Counted from the whole stretch's first letter, positions 51,053-62,943 are shown. The stretch is 62,943 bases of DNA, filler included, from Reclinomonas americana ATCC 50394 (GCA_048213135.1; 15 parts of 15 records of this genome joined end to end with filler, not necessarily neighbours in it); one strand, 5' to 3'. The notes: generated by a model from the letters alone, not told the origin. Numbers and translations: made by a program.

Positions 51053-52896
51053 CTATGTCGACTCGGCGATGCATCCCACCGTCGTCCCATAACCGGTCTT
51101 CGCAGTGGCAGCGGCGTTGCTCCAGTTGCCTTGGATGACCAGATGGAACGGCTGCTTGGCGGCACTGAGGCAAGCAAGAGCAATAGTCAGTTTTTCAAGC
51201 ATGCAGCACGTGGCATAGAAGCATCAACAAGGGACTCACGGCAATGATGAATCGGAGAACGACTGCGCCTTGGAGCTGAACGTCCACGCGCACTTGTCGG
51301 CGTTCTCGTTACCCTTGGAGTCCCACCAGCCAGTGCCGTCAGGATCTGCAGGTGAAGATGTATGAGTTCCAAGTGCACGACAACACACTGCAGCCGACGC
51401 CGTCATTGCACTCACCAGTGAGGGCTTCCGAGAGCTCGTGGCCGATCAGTGAGATCATCTGCGGAGAGAGAGAGATGATAAATGGTGAGCACTGGACGGC
51501 GACGAGAAGCTCGGACCAACAAGAAAACGTACCGCACGGGCAGGCACAGTGGGCTGCCATTCGAAGGTGCCATCGGAGAGCTTGACCGCCGCGGGATCTG
51601 TACAAACACGCACGCGCAGGAGTCAGCCACCGTATTGTACCTCCAACGCATGTGCACACTCACAAGTTGGTGCCGGGCATCCAACAGTGCTGGGCGACGA
51701 GCCGACAAACGGGTAGTAGCCGACCATAATGTCCACACCGTTGCACGAGCCATTGCTGTGCCACGCGCAGTAGCCTATGATGACGGGTGAGTCGTGTGTA
51801 AGGGAAACATGGCCGTGCACCCGTCACATGCACTCACCAAGTGCTGTGCCGTCAGAGTCCACCGCCGGGTACGTATCGGCAAAGAAATGGTACATGGTGT
51901 TGGTGTCGGCCGTCAGTCCGTTGGCCGACAGCGACAAGCAGACCCACGTGACGAGCTCGCCCTCAGTCGGCGCGCGGGTCTTGGTGGTGGTGCTGTACTT
52001 GAGTGCCGACGGTGCGGGCACCGACGAGGCCAGCTTGAACGCGGTGGTGTCCCACTTGGTGTTGTAGGTGGACTGTCCGGTGATGAATGTCTTCGGGCTA
52101 GAGGTCGTAGGCTGCATGTAGTACCTGCAGTTGAAGGAGCCATGAGTCAACGTCTCTCACACAGGAGAGGGTGCCGCTGGTGGTGGTTACGCAACTCCTT
52201 CACCGTGTTGGCAAAGCCCGTCGATCCGTAGCTCCTGAAGAACTTTTGCACGCCATAGCGCATGCCGCCCAGCAGCGAGGTGTCGGTGACCGACGGCGCA
52301 GTGGTCGGCCACGACGGGCCCCACCAGATCGGCACGTTCGACTTGGTCGTCGAGGTAATCACTCGGCCCTTGTGATACGTCAGCTGGATCACCGTGGTGG
52401 TGGCCTTGCCGCCGCTTCCGGCATCCTTGTCGTGACCGCCCTTCTTGCCACCGTCATGATCGTCGCCATCATGGCCGTCGTGAGCGTCGTCGCCGTCCTT
52501 GGCGTTGGTCTGCTGCTGCTCACCGTGGTCGACCTCCAGAGCGGCCTTGGCCGCCGGTGTGCCACTGTCGTCCAAGTCGAGTCCGTTGATTTGTGTGGTG
52601 CGCAGCGGCGAGACGTGGCGGAGACCGGCGGTGGTCACCGGCACCTCCTCCAGATCGAGGGAGGCGAATTCAGCGACTGCGTTCGGGGGTCACCAGTGAG
52701 TGAGCGTCGAACAATGAAGAAAGTGCAGTCAAAACATCTGCAGTGGTCATGCACATGAGAAAGTAGAGACACGAGGGACAAGGATGAGAGAAGAAGAAGC
52801 ATGCATTGGAGTGTGGTATGTCCGTGGGCAGACAAAGGCAGAGGAAGAATTCACAATGCACACAGCGCGCAAATTGGTTGCATGGAACAAAGGAAG

Positions 52897-52932
<36 letters not shown>

Positions 52933-53044
52933 TGTGTGTGTGTTGCGAGACACGCCACTCACCTTTTTCCTCGTCGGCGTGCACCAACGCCGCCGCAATG
53001 AAGAGCACAAAGAGTGCGCAGAGCAGAGTGAGAGACACATTCAT
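51053..53044 (-). CDS. Secreted Phi-1/EXORDIUM-like protein
   Basis: Signal peptide MNVSLTLLCALFVLFIAAALVHA, then LTYHKGRVI, YCAWHS, GHELSEALT|DPDGTGWWDSKGNENADKCAW and VIQGNWSNAA...GC. Confidence 0.75.
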
Positions 53045-53562
53045 GGTGCAGTCTTATAGTAGAGTGGAACAGCGAGGGGGAAGAGAGAAAAGAGAGTGTT
53101 GTGTTGCTCTGGCTCACAGAGTCGGGTGCAAGAAAACAAACACGCCACTCCGCCAATAATTTGAATTTTGACCCTAGTCAATTTGAAGTAGTTGCGCAAC
53201 TGACTGCGGGCCCGGAGAGGCCCGAACAATTCTGCAAGAGGGGGTGAGGAGGAGGAGGAGGAAAAGGGCGACTGGTGGGTTAGCCACATATGCATGGTAT
53301 TGGGTGCTCAGGAGTACTAGTGCATTGCAATGCATGCGGCCACCCGATTCCGAATGCGGTGCAGATATCGATGTCCGACTTGCCACCAGACGCAACCGAA
53401 TGGCGTTGCAGGAATGCTCCAAGAGCTGCGTGGGTTTGCGGTGCAGCGTGAAGCACAATCGCGGGGCACGAGGCAGAGTTCGTGGCTTGGACGCAGCTGC
53501 GAGAGCAGAAAACAATGCTCCAGAGTTGCACGAATGCAACTCCTGGAAACGCAGAAGTGTGG

Positions 53563-56500
53563 TCGACAGCGATGCTCGACGGTTTCCACCGATAGCGTGT
53601 AGGTGCGCGGCACGCCGCTGTTGATGAATACCATGAGAAATCCCGGGTACAGTCATACATCACATTGATGGTATGTGAAATTGCAGTCAGTCACCGGGCA
53701 CAATTGTGCGCGCACAGATGATATGCCTGGCCCTTCCGCGGGAGAATGTGCTGCACTGGGCAAGGGACTTCACACCAACAACGTGCTAGAGCTTGTTTGC
53801 ACAACGATAATCAGACGACCTCGCACTCTGATCGTGCATGCTACAAACACAAGCGCCCCTTGGCGGTTTACCAAACACACACAAGTCTGTGGCGCGGGCA
53901 GAACAGCGAGCACCATCGACAACGAACGCCAAAATGCTGCCACTGCTCAGCTCATCACTCTCGCTTTCAAGAGTAAGCCTGCGACGAGATCATGTTGTCG
54001 CCGTCACCCATGCCTGCGTCAGTGACTGCAGGTGAGCGCGCCGGCGAATTAAACACACACGAGGGCACATACACACGAACCCTCAGTGACGACACCGTCG
54101 AGCGACACGCCGTCGACAGTGGTGTTGACAGTAGCCGGCTGCGACAGGGATGCGGAAGTGAGTTTTCATCACAGAAAGCAATGCCAAGACACGAAGCGGC
54201 GCTTCCGCAAGTTTTCTCTCTTCTTCTTCCACCTCCTCTCCCACGACAAGCAATACTCTGACTGCACTACCCGAACATCTTCCGTACTGCACACTCTCTC
54301 GCTCGAGGAAGTGATCACCAGATCGCTCCCTCTCTTACTCCTTCATCATCTCTCCCGTGACAGGCAACACCATAACTGGTCACGAGGACCTCTGTATCAG
54401 TCTCCGCATAGGGGAGAGACCAAGCAAGAGACACAAGAGACGAAGTGGTGCTCCGCAAGCTCCCCACGACAAGCAACACTCTCACAGCGCGTCATGAGAA
54501 CCTCAGCATCTGTTCTGCACGAGGGAGAAACCACCAGATTGCCAGGAGGCACATGTACAGTCCAGCTCTCTCTAGATGGAAAGTTGACAAGTCGTGATGT
54601 GGAGGGAGGAGGAGGAGTGTGGAGAGGAAGGGGAGAAAGGGATGTCAGAGAACTGGGCAACCTTGGGCGAATCGTGAACTGCGTTTGTTCTCCGTGATCT
54701 TTCTCTTCTTTCTCTCTCTCTGGACAAGCGTACTCACGAGAACCTCTGCGTCTGTTCATAACATTCCCTCGTGCGGGAGAAGACGAGCGGATAGCGAAGA
54801 GCTCTCTCTCTCTCTTATTCTTCTTCTCCCTTCTCTTTCTCATGAAGCTGTACTTCAGCGCTCTCACTGCACATCGCGCAAAGATCACCAAGTCATACCT
54901 GCTTCCTCCCTGCGTCCTTTTCCCCTCCCTCCCTTCCTCCCTCTCTCCCCACACTCACCGACACACCGCCCAGGTTCAGGTCGGTCGTCACAGCCTGCGA
55001 CAGAGGAGAGTCCCTGCACAAAGAACGAATGAGCGCGGGGAGTAGATTTGCGCGAGAAGAAGCAACATCCATCAACACGCAACGTGACAGACTTTCCGTT
55101 CTCCTCGCCCGTGAAGGTGGCTTGCGTCTGGCCCATGATGACGATTTATGAACCTGAACACAATGCGCGCATCAAGTCAGTGTCAAGGAGTGTGAGAAGG
55201 TACGCACAGACATACACACACACAAAGCGACGCTGCCTGCACGCAACAAAAACGAGTGAGTGCGAGAGTGCGTGGGAGAATTCTCACAGCGGACAAAGTC
55301 GACGTCGGACGAGTTCTTTACTGCTCACTCAGCTGCGGACAGCGATGCTCGACGACTCCCGGCGAGTAGCATGCAGATGCGTGGCACGTCGCTGGTGAAT
55401 ACCATGAGAAATCCCGGGTACAAGCATACATCGCATTGATGGTACGCGAAGTTGCACTCACGACGTCGACGCCAAGTCACTGGGCTCAATTGTTTGCACG
55501 CACAGATGATATACCTGGCCTTCCGCGAAGGAATGTGCTGCAATCGACAAGGGAATTCACCAACAAGGAGCTATAGTAGAGCTTGTTTGCACAACGATAA
55601 TCAGACGACCTCGCACACCCCTTATCCTGCATGCTACAAACACAAGCGCCCCTTGGCGGTTTACCAAACACACACAAGTCTGTGGCGCGGAGCAAAACAG
55701 CAAGCACCACTGACGATGAACGCCGAAAATGCTGTCACTGCCCACTCTCGCTCAATTGCAATTCGGCTTGAGTACGTAGGCATGCGTGCCTGCGCCAGTG
55801 ACTGCGGATGAGCGCGCCGGAAACACACGCGAAGGCACATACACACGAACCCTCAGTGGCGACACCGTCGAGCGACACGCCGTCGACAGTGGTGTCGACA
55901 GTCTCCGACTGCGACAGGGATGCGGGAGTGGGAAGCAAGGCCAAGAGACGAAGAGGTGCTTCCGCAAGTTTTCTCTCTTCTTCTCCCACCTCTCTCCCAC
56001 GACCAGCAATACTCTGACTGCACTACCCGAACATCTTCCGTGCTGCACACTCTCTCACACGAGGAAGCGATCACCAGATCGCCAAGCAAAAGACTCAAGC
56101 TCTCTCCTCTTTCTCCTTCATCCTCTCTCCCATGACAGGCAACACCATAACTGTACGTCACGAGGACCTCTGCATCAGGCTCCGCATAGGGGAGAGACCA
56201 AGCAAGAGACACAAGAGACGAAGTGGTGCTCTGCAAGCTCCCCACGACAAGCAACACTCTCACAGCGCGTCATGAGAACCTCAGCATCAGTTCTCCCCGA
56301 GGGAGAGACCACCAGATTGCCAGGAGGCACATGTACAGGCCAGCTCTCTCTAGATGGAAAGTTGACAAGTCGTGATGTGGAGGGAGGAGGAGGAGTGTGG
56401 AGAGGAAGGGGAGAAAGGGATGTCAGAGAACTGGGCAACCTTTGGTGTATCGTCAACTGCGTTTGATCTCCGTGATCTCTCTCTTCCTATCTTTCTCTCT

Positions 56501-56603
56501 CTCACTCTGGACAAGCAATACTCACAGCACACGAGAACCTCTGCATCTGTTCTTAACATTCCCTCGCGCGGGAGAAGACGAGCAGATTGCGAAGAGCTAC
56601 AAG

Positions 56604-56640
<37 letters not shown>

Positions 56641-57115
56641 ATGAAGCTGTACTTCAGCGCTCTCACTGTACATCGCGCGAAGATCACCAAACTATGATGG
56701 TCTCCTTCTTCTCCCTCCCTCCACCCTCCCTCTCTGCCCCTGTACTCACCGACAAACCGGAACCGACCAGGTCCAGGTCGGTCGTCACAGCCATCGACAG
56801 AGTAGAGTCCCTGCACACAAAAAGTACGAATGAGCACGGGGAGTGGATATGCGCGAGAAGGAAGCAACATCCATGAGCACGCAACGTGACAGACTTTCCG
56901 TTCTCCTTGCCCGTGAAGGTGTCTTGCATCTGGCCCATGATGAACCTGAACACAATGCACTCATCGAGTCAGTGTCAAGGGGTGTGGGATACACACACAC
57001 AAAGCGACGCTGCCTGCGCGCAACGAACGAAGGAAGTGCGAGAGTGAGCGCGTGTCATGTGAGAACTTTCTCATGATCACCAGTCAAAGGTGGACGTCGG
57101 AGTTCTTTCGCTGCT
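53563..57115. repeat. Head-to-tail tandem duplication of a ~1.77-kb unit (copy 1 about 53563-55337, copy 2 about 55338-57115), diverged with indels
   Basis: Collinear near-identical blocks, e.g. GAATACCATGAGAAATCCCGGGTACA at about 53626 and 55397, and GACACCGTCGAGCGACACGCCGTCGACAGTGGTGT at 54091 and 55861. Confidence 0.92.
55325..57000 (-). pseudogene. Degenerate intron-containing piggyBac-like transposase remnant (also present in copy 1)
   Basis: HIPSRKARYIICACKQ...RRRRECNFAYHQCDVCLYPGFLMVF resembles a decayed piggyBac C-terminal Cys-rich domain. Upstream KKRENLRKHLF resembles the R..KWWK.LF motif. Stops and frameshifts are present. Confidence 0.45.
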
Positions 57116-57591
57116 TCATTCCAGCGCGCTGTTGTTCTGACACTGTGCACTTTATGATGCGCGTGTTCGAATTCTCGAGCCCCAAGGCCCGATTTGAATA
57201 CGCGCGCGACGTCGACGTTTCGCTTCTCTTGCCTTCCTGCCTGCCTGCAGGTCTTGTCGGGTTTTGACCAACCTTGACCTCCCAGTTATCCTGCCTGGAG
57301 CCAAGTGTCAAAGTTGCAATGTCGAAAGCACGCAGTGATGAAATCGATATCGGTCAAGCGTCCAAGGATGACGGCACAGCTGCAGAGCCCGCAGAGTTGG
57401 CACAGACTAAGTTTGATACCAAGGCGCGCAGAAAGCCAGGAGGTCATCGTTTTCCAGCCCCCTCTTTTCTTGCTCACCACCTGTGATTATACTCAGACTA
57501 TCTCTTGCAATATTCCACCCTTTCCTTCTCCTCCACCCTTCGCCCTTCTTCTCCTCCCTTCTCCACCCTTCACCCTTCTTTTCACCCACAA

Positions 57592-58114
57592 TTACACTGC
57601 ATCCCTCTTGCACAACTGCTGCATGATCTTGGCGCGAATCTCGCCCTCGCGATCCGGCACCAACTGCGAACACATGCTCAGCGTCTCCAACACGTCCTCC
57701 AGCTGCACGCGCGCCGGTGGCGGCCTCTCGCCGCCGTCGCCGCGCAGCACATGATCCAGCGTCCCTTGCCTGGCGCGCGCCCAATTGGCACATGTCGTCA
57801 GCAGGTCCTTGAGGTAGGCGCGAATGGCGGCCGCCATGAGATCGGGACAGTCGTCTTCCATGCGCGTGAGGCCCTCGTCGGCCACAATGCCGTGCATGCG
57901 AGCGCGAATGGACGACACGTCGGGTGCATCGGTGCCGACCTTGGCTCGTCGCAACAGCGCCGTGATCTCATACGGTCCGTGATCCACGGCGTCCATGTCG
58001 CGCAGCGTGGTCGCCCCCGCCGCCGACGTCACCACACCTCGTGGACCCACCATTAGCGGCTCGCTGCCGATCGCGCCAGCACTCGAGTGGCTGGCAAACG
58101 CAGCCGCCACCGCA
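57592..58114 (-). CDS. SAGA Ada1/TADA1-like C-terminal histone-fold region (5' in gap)
   Basis: APDVSSIRARMHGIVADEGLTRMEDDCPDLMAAAIRAYLKDLLTTC...VQLEDVLETL fits the Ada1 histone-fold pattern. Confidence 0.65.
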
Positions 58115-58404
58115 NNNNNNNNNNNNNNNNNNNNNNNNNNNNNNNNNNNNNNNNNNNNTTAATTAATTAANNNNNNNNNNNNNNNNNNNNNNNNNNNNNN
58201 NNNNNNNNNNNNNNCGACTGGCAACGAAGAGTGGTTTTATCGACGTCGCAGGACTTTGTGATTGATGATTAACTCACTTGTCGCAGCAACGATCTCTCTG
58301 GCGTACTCACAGACACTCTTTTGCGCTGTTTCAATCGCTGGATCACCAGCGCTCGACAAGAGCAACAACTGCACAACGCGACGTCGAGACATAACGTCGC
58401 GCGA

Positions 58405-58796
58405 TCACTCATTCACTCGTCTCTCTCCTCCATTGTCTTCTCTTCTCCTCTTTGCCATGTTTGCCGGTTTCACAGGTCGCGATGCTGCTCTCCCCTCCAC
58501 AGTATGCCCTGTGTCACTGCTCACTGCTGTTGTTGTCGTAGTTGTTGTCGTTGTGACAGTGGTGGTGTTTGTCGACGGGCGTGGCAACGACGGGTCGTCC
58601 ATGCGCTGGCGATTGTTGACTACGCCACGGTAGAGGAACCACAGCTGGAACTGTGCGTGCGAGCGCGCGTGAGTGTGTGAGCGAGAGTGACACAGAGAAG
58701 ACGACGCAACGCCAATGAAGAGCCCAAAGGCCACCCACAAGCCCACATTCGACCGCGGGTTGTAGATGGTGCGCTGCAGCGGAGGCGAGCGCATTG
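58405..58796 (-). CDS. Small hypothetical single-pass membrane protein
   Basis: MRSPPLQRTIYNPRSNVGLWVAFGLFIG, probable intron, FQLWFLYRGVVNNRQRMDDP. The 3' end is uncertain. Confidence 0.35.
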
Positions 58797-58871
58797 CCTC
58801 CTTGCCTCCTCTCTCCAGCAACGACGGAGAGCACAACGACGGATGAACGGATTGTGTGAAAGATCGATCTC

Positions 58872-59203
58872 ATGAGCGAAGACGAGCGACCGCGCCTTCC
58901 ACCCGTCTTCGACCAACTGGCCGCCGGCTGCGGCGCCGCCACTGTCGGCTTCATCGCCGCACGCAGCGCATGGAAGGTGCGCAGACAACAAACAACAAAA
59001 ACGAGCAACGCATCTCAGTCTCTCACTGTCTCACACTGCAGCCTCCTCGCGCCACTGCCACGCGCCTCCTTCTCACCACCGGCGCCGGTATCTCAGGCGC
59101 TCTCCTCGGCGCCCTCGCCACTCCTCTGTTCCTCTCCGCCGCACAACACGCATTCTACACCTCCAAGTCCATCGCCTACAATCTGCTGAGACCAACCAAA
59201 TGA
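58872..59203 (+). CDS. Small hypothetical two-helix membrane protein
   Basis: Two exons joined by a GTGCG...TGCAG intron: MSEDERP...GAATVGFIAARSAWK|PPRATATRLLLTTGAGISGALLGALATPLF...K*. Confidence 0.45.
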
Positions 59204-59227
59204 ACGCACTCTTTCTACTATACTACA

Positions 59228-60817
59228 ATGACCACACGCGCAGGTCTACTCGTCGCAGTAGTAGCTGCACTGCTCCTCCTGGCCACGGCGGTGACGTCAG
59301 CAGTGGATGAGGGTNNNNNNNNNNNNNNNNNNNNNNNNNNNNNNNNNNNNNNNNNNNNTTAATTAATTAANNNNNNNNNNNNNNNNNNNNNNNNNNNNNN
59401 NNNNNNNNNNNNNNCCCGTCTTCCCCCCTCCCGTCTTCCCCCTTCGCTCTTCCCCCTTGCTCTTCCCCCTTGCTCTTCCCTCTTGCTCTTCCCCCTTTCG
59501 TCTTCCCCCTTCTCTTCCCCTCCTTCCTCCCTCCTTCCCCCTCTCCCTCCCCCCTCCTTTCCCCCCCTCCTTCCCCTCTCACACCTCTGTGCACGACTCA
59601 GTCTGTGGAAGATGCCGTCGGAGGACTCCGGCTCCGAGGCCAACATGTGGTGGAGCATCCAGTACCAGAACATCCACTACGTCGGCATCAGCACCGAGAC
59701 CGACTTCCCCAACGTGCGCCACTCTTTTCGCGCTGTGCGTTTTCCATTTCTCCTCTGTCATCTCACGTGAGTATCGCAGGCCCCGTACGCTCCCAAGTTT
59801 GGCGATCAGCTGGACTGGCTGGATCGGGATCTGGCCAAGGTGTGTGTGTGCGCGCGTGAAGAACAATAGTGTCTTGGCGACTTGTTGTGACGCGCGATGT
59901 ATTTGCGCATGTTCAGGCCAAGGCGAACCCGACGGTCGACTGGATCGTTGCGTGATAGCTTTCGCTTCCCTCCGCATCATTCCCTCCGTCTCTGACTCGG
60001 CCTTGCAGATTGTCGCCGGTCACCGGTACTGCCCCTCGTCGAACACGCCTCTCTCCTCTCTCCCACGTGTGTGACTGACTGCTTGTTCCACAACCAGGCC
60101 CATCTACTCCTCCCGCCAGGGTCTGGAGAAGGCCAATATTCCGCAGACGTACTGTGCCGACATTCAAAAGTCATTCGAGGCCCTGTTCCACAAGGTACGC
60201 TTCTCCGCTGAATCCCCCCCTACCCTTCGGTGTTTCTTGAATACTCACCACTGTGATGTAGTACGGCGTGGATCTCTATATGTGCGGTCACCTCCACTCG
60301 TACGAGCGCATGTGGCCGACGTACCAGAATGTCCCTGTTGCGTCTGCAGTTGCCATGCGTGTACGCTGCCACAATTCTTCTCTGCTCACGCTCTCGACAC
60401 AGGTCAAGAAGCTCGTCAATCCGGGTGCCACCGTGCACATCACCAACGGCGCCGCCGGCTGCGTGGAGGGCTACACGCGCCAGTGGGAGCCAGTTGCGTC
60501 ACAAAAAGAATACTCCACATTTTTTCTTTCTTCCCCGTTCCGCTCCTTCTCATTCTCCCCTTGCTCAGAAACCCGACTGGTCCGCCTACCGCGCCGACAG
60601 CGGTGAGCTGGCCGACAAGTCGCACCACGGCTTCGCACTGCTCGACGTGCCGCAGCGCAACAAGCTGCACTGGCGCTACTTTTTGTCCGAGGAAAACAAG
60701 GTCATTGACGAGTTCACGCTGGAGAAGGATCTCAGCCACAAGCAGCCGGTGCAGACGAGCAAGAACGACCGTCGTCGCCGCTTCCTCGTAGGCCCCGCGC
60801 AGGATCACGAGGAGTGA
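59228..60817 (+). CDS. Purple acid phosphatase (ACP7-like), secreted; middle exons lie in the gap
   Basis: Signal peptide, NMWWSIQYQNIHYVGISTETDF, QLDWLDRDLAK, WIIVAGHRPIY, YGVDLYMCGHLHSYER, VHITNGAAG and WSAYR. Confidence 0.9.
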
Positions 60818-60954
60818 GCATGCGAAAGAGAGTGACTTCAATTGATTTCAAAGGGGGGTTTGCCATGCGCGTGCGGGATCGCGAGCAACCACTCAATTTC
60901 ACTCGCAACGACTCCGAGAGAGCGCGACGCAATCACCACCCAACCGGGTTGACT

Positions 60955-62385
60955 ATGAAACGCCCACGTGTGCTGCAACGACGACGAGTGCCGCACTCCT
61001 CGTCATTAGTCTCATGCTCTGGCGATGACGATGTCGACCAAAGTGTCGTGTACTCGTCAGACGAGGCCATGATGACACACGTCGATGGTGAACTTGATGC
61101 TGATGGTGATGAGGAGGAGGAAGACGAAGACGACGAAGACTTGATGCGAATGGACGATGCAGGTTCTCTCTCTCTCTCTCTCTCTCTCTTTCTCACACAT
61201 GTGCGTGTAAGTGACGTTTCGCGATGCAGCTGGTGCCTCGTCCGCGTCACTGCCTGTTGCGTGTCGCGCACCGCCCACCAAGAGACCACATCTCAATCCA
61301 GATCCGTGGGAGTGGTGTGTGTGAAGCATGCAAGGTGGTTGTTTGTTGTCCGGTCGCTGATCTGGCATGTGTGCAGTGTGGCGCGATCGACGAGTGAGCC
61401 GTTTGCGTGGCCACCATCCACCTCGTTCGACCAGTCTACGAACCCGTTCGACCTGGTCGATCCCGAGTCGCTGTTTGTGTACTTTTCGCGATCGTCGCCC
61501 ACGCACATGGCACCCGAGGGCTTTTGTGCGCTCTTCAATGTGCTGCAGATGGATGTTGCGTGACACGAGGTTGGGAAGCAGGAGGAGGAGGAGGCAGGTG
61601 AACTGACTGCGCATGCGCGAACACAGCACGTCGGTGTGTATGTGCTGGCCAACGAGTGGAACCTGAGCGACTTTATGCACATTCGATACGACGAGTTCAT
61701 GAGTGGGATGGCCAAGTGGCGGTTCGTGTCTTGTCCTCGCCACCGCCGCTCTTTTCCTCCCGCATGACGCTGTGCTGCAGATGTTCGAATCTGGCACAGC
61801 TGCGGTTCGCGCTGGCCCGAGCGATTGACGAGGCCTTCTCCGACATGTGGTCGCACTTTGCCGTCTACCGCACCGCCTTCGCCTTTATGATCAGTGGCGA
61901 CGGGCGCAGCAGGCGGCAGTACGTGGCCACCGACATGGCGGCGGCGGCCCTGCGCGTGCTCCTGCCCAACAGACCATTCACCGTAGACTTCTGCGAGTTC
62001 CTCTGTACCGGTGTTCTGCAATGCGTTCCCAAGGACTTGTGGATTGTTGCGTCTCCCGAATCTCCGCTCTCCAGGTGCACGCTAGCTCACTCTGGCTACG
62101 TCGCAGAACTTCTGGCACCTGAGTCACTACGTGAGCAGCACGCTGGAGGACTACTACGAGAACCAATTCGGCTACGCCATCAACGAGTTCGTGGTGTGGC
62201 TGATGCACCGACGAGCGGGCTCGGGCGATCCCGACCATGTTGCTGAGTACATTCACTGCGAAGTGCTAGCACAGCCGCCCAAACCGCGCACCGTGTCAGC
62301 GGAACCGCCAGAACCGTGTCGCGTCAGTGCAGCATACTCGGCATGGCCACGAGCCGTCATGTCGAGTGGCGATGTGGAAATGTGA
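60955..62385 (+). CDS. Divergent DCN1-like (cullin-binding/PONY domain) protein
   Basis: MAPEGFCALFNVLQMD, VYVLANEW, IRYDEFMSGMAKW, VYRTAFAF, AAAALRVLL, FCEFL, VPKDLW and INEFVVW follow the DCN1 pattern. Confidence 0.7.
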
Positions 62386-62485
62386 CACAGGGGAGAAAGA
62401 AACGGAAAAATGAAATGCAAACCAACCAGCAAAGGTTGCAAGATTCACTTCAGCGTTGTGGGTGAGTGTGTGAGTACGCGCACTC

Positions 62486-62943
62486 ATGGCATCGCCACAG
62501 TCGCAGCTCGTGCGGTGAGTCGGAGGGCAGTTTGCACAACACTCTCCTCACACTCTCTCTCACACACACATGCAACACACAGTGAGCTCACGGGCTCACC
62601 CGCCTCCTTTGCGGAGTCTGCCAACTCTGGCGAGGTCGACGAAGAGCAACGCAAGTTCTTCACTGTCGCCGTGCGAGTTGCGTAAGAGAGCGCGCGTGTG
62701 TGTGTGTGTTGCATGCAAGTGTGCTCCTTTTCACACAACACTCACTCACATGCATGCATGCAGATTGCGCCGTCGGCACACTCGGAGGCCGCACGCTCCT
62801 ATGTGCAAGCACTGTCGCGCAAGGAGATTGGTGGCGACGACCTGCAAATGACTTTTGATCATGTTTTTGATGCCAAGGCCACACAGGTTGCCACTCACTC
62901 ACTTGTGATGATATTCCGATGCTCGTTGCACTCACACCGCCCG
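62486..62943 (+). CDS. Start of a kinesin motor-domain gene (runs off the window)
   Basis: Spliced FTVAVR|IAP...MTFDHVFDAKATQ matches the kinesin N-terminal VxVRxRP...FxFDxVF...xQ pattern. Confidence 0.7.

Noticed and set aside
53168..53177. TTGA-CCCTAG resembling a piggyBac left end
   Set aside because: TTGA rather than TTAA, only 6 bp, and no matching inverted end found near 57100-57500.
59415..59580. Pyrimidine-rich CTCTTCCCC(C)TT quasi-repeats
   Set aside because: Low-complexity intronic sequence next to a gap in the phosphatase gene.
1..62943. CRISPR arrays, tRNA or rRNA genes
   Set aside because: No regularly spaced repeat-spacer structure or recognisable structured RNA gene was seen by eye. 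A covariance-model scan would be needed to exclude small RNAs.

Overview
GC-rich, intron-dense eukaryotic (protist-like) genomic DNA. It consists of about 15 contigs joined by artificial 100-bp linkers (N-run, TTAATTAATTAA, N-run), and several genes continue across linkers. Most introns are short GT-AG (about 30-180 nt) and scattered indels suggest assembly error. Recognisable genes after manual splicing: an RRM-RRM-WW-WW protein; a large NHL/cadherin-like/PAN surface protein; a C45/NAAA-type Ntn hydrolase; DBP9/DDX56; a SHIPPO/STPG-repeat protein; a GNAT; an EF-hand protein; an FN3-rich surface protein; a TPR protein; a GH-A clan glycoside hydrolase; MIOS; a Ras-family GTPase; a Phi-1/EXORDIUM-like protein; an Ada1-like fragment; a purple acid phosphatase; a DCN1-like protein; and the start of a kinesin. 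The standout is a minus-strand gene at 26162-30849 or beyond. It splices through 8 introns into a protein of more than 1,300 aa (possibly more than 1,700 aa) with an intact Fanzor2/TnpB-type RuvC-zinc-finger core, a very long N-terminal region and a C-terminal tail carrying NLS- and UIM-like motifs. Also notable: a decayed CACTA/EnSpm-like element, a tandem 1.8-kb duplication with piggyBac-like remnants, a frequent shifted 5' splice-site class (non-G|GTTGCG), and paired loss of two ligands of one MIOS RING zinc site. All family calls come from motif recognition by eye, not database searches.
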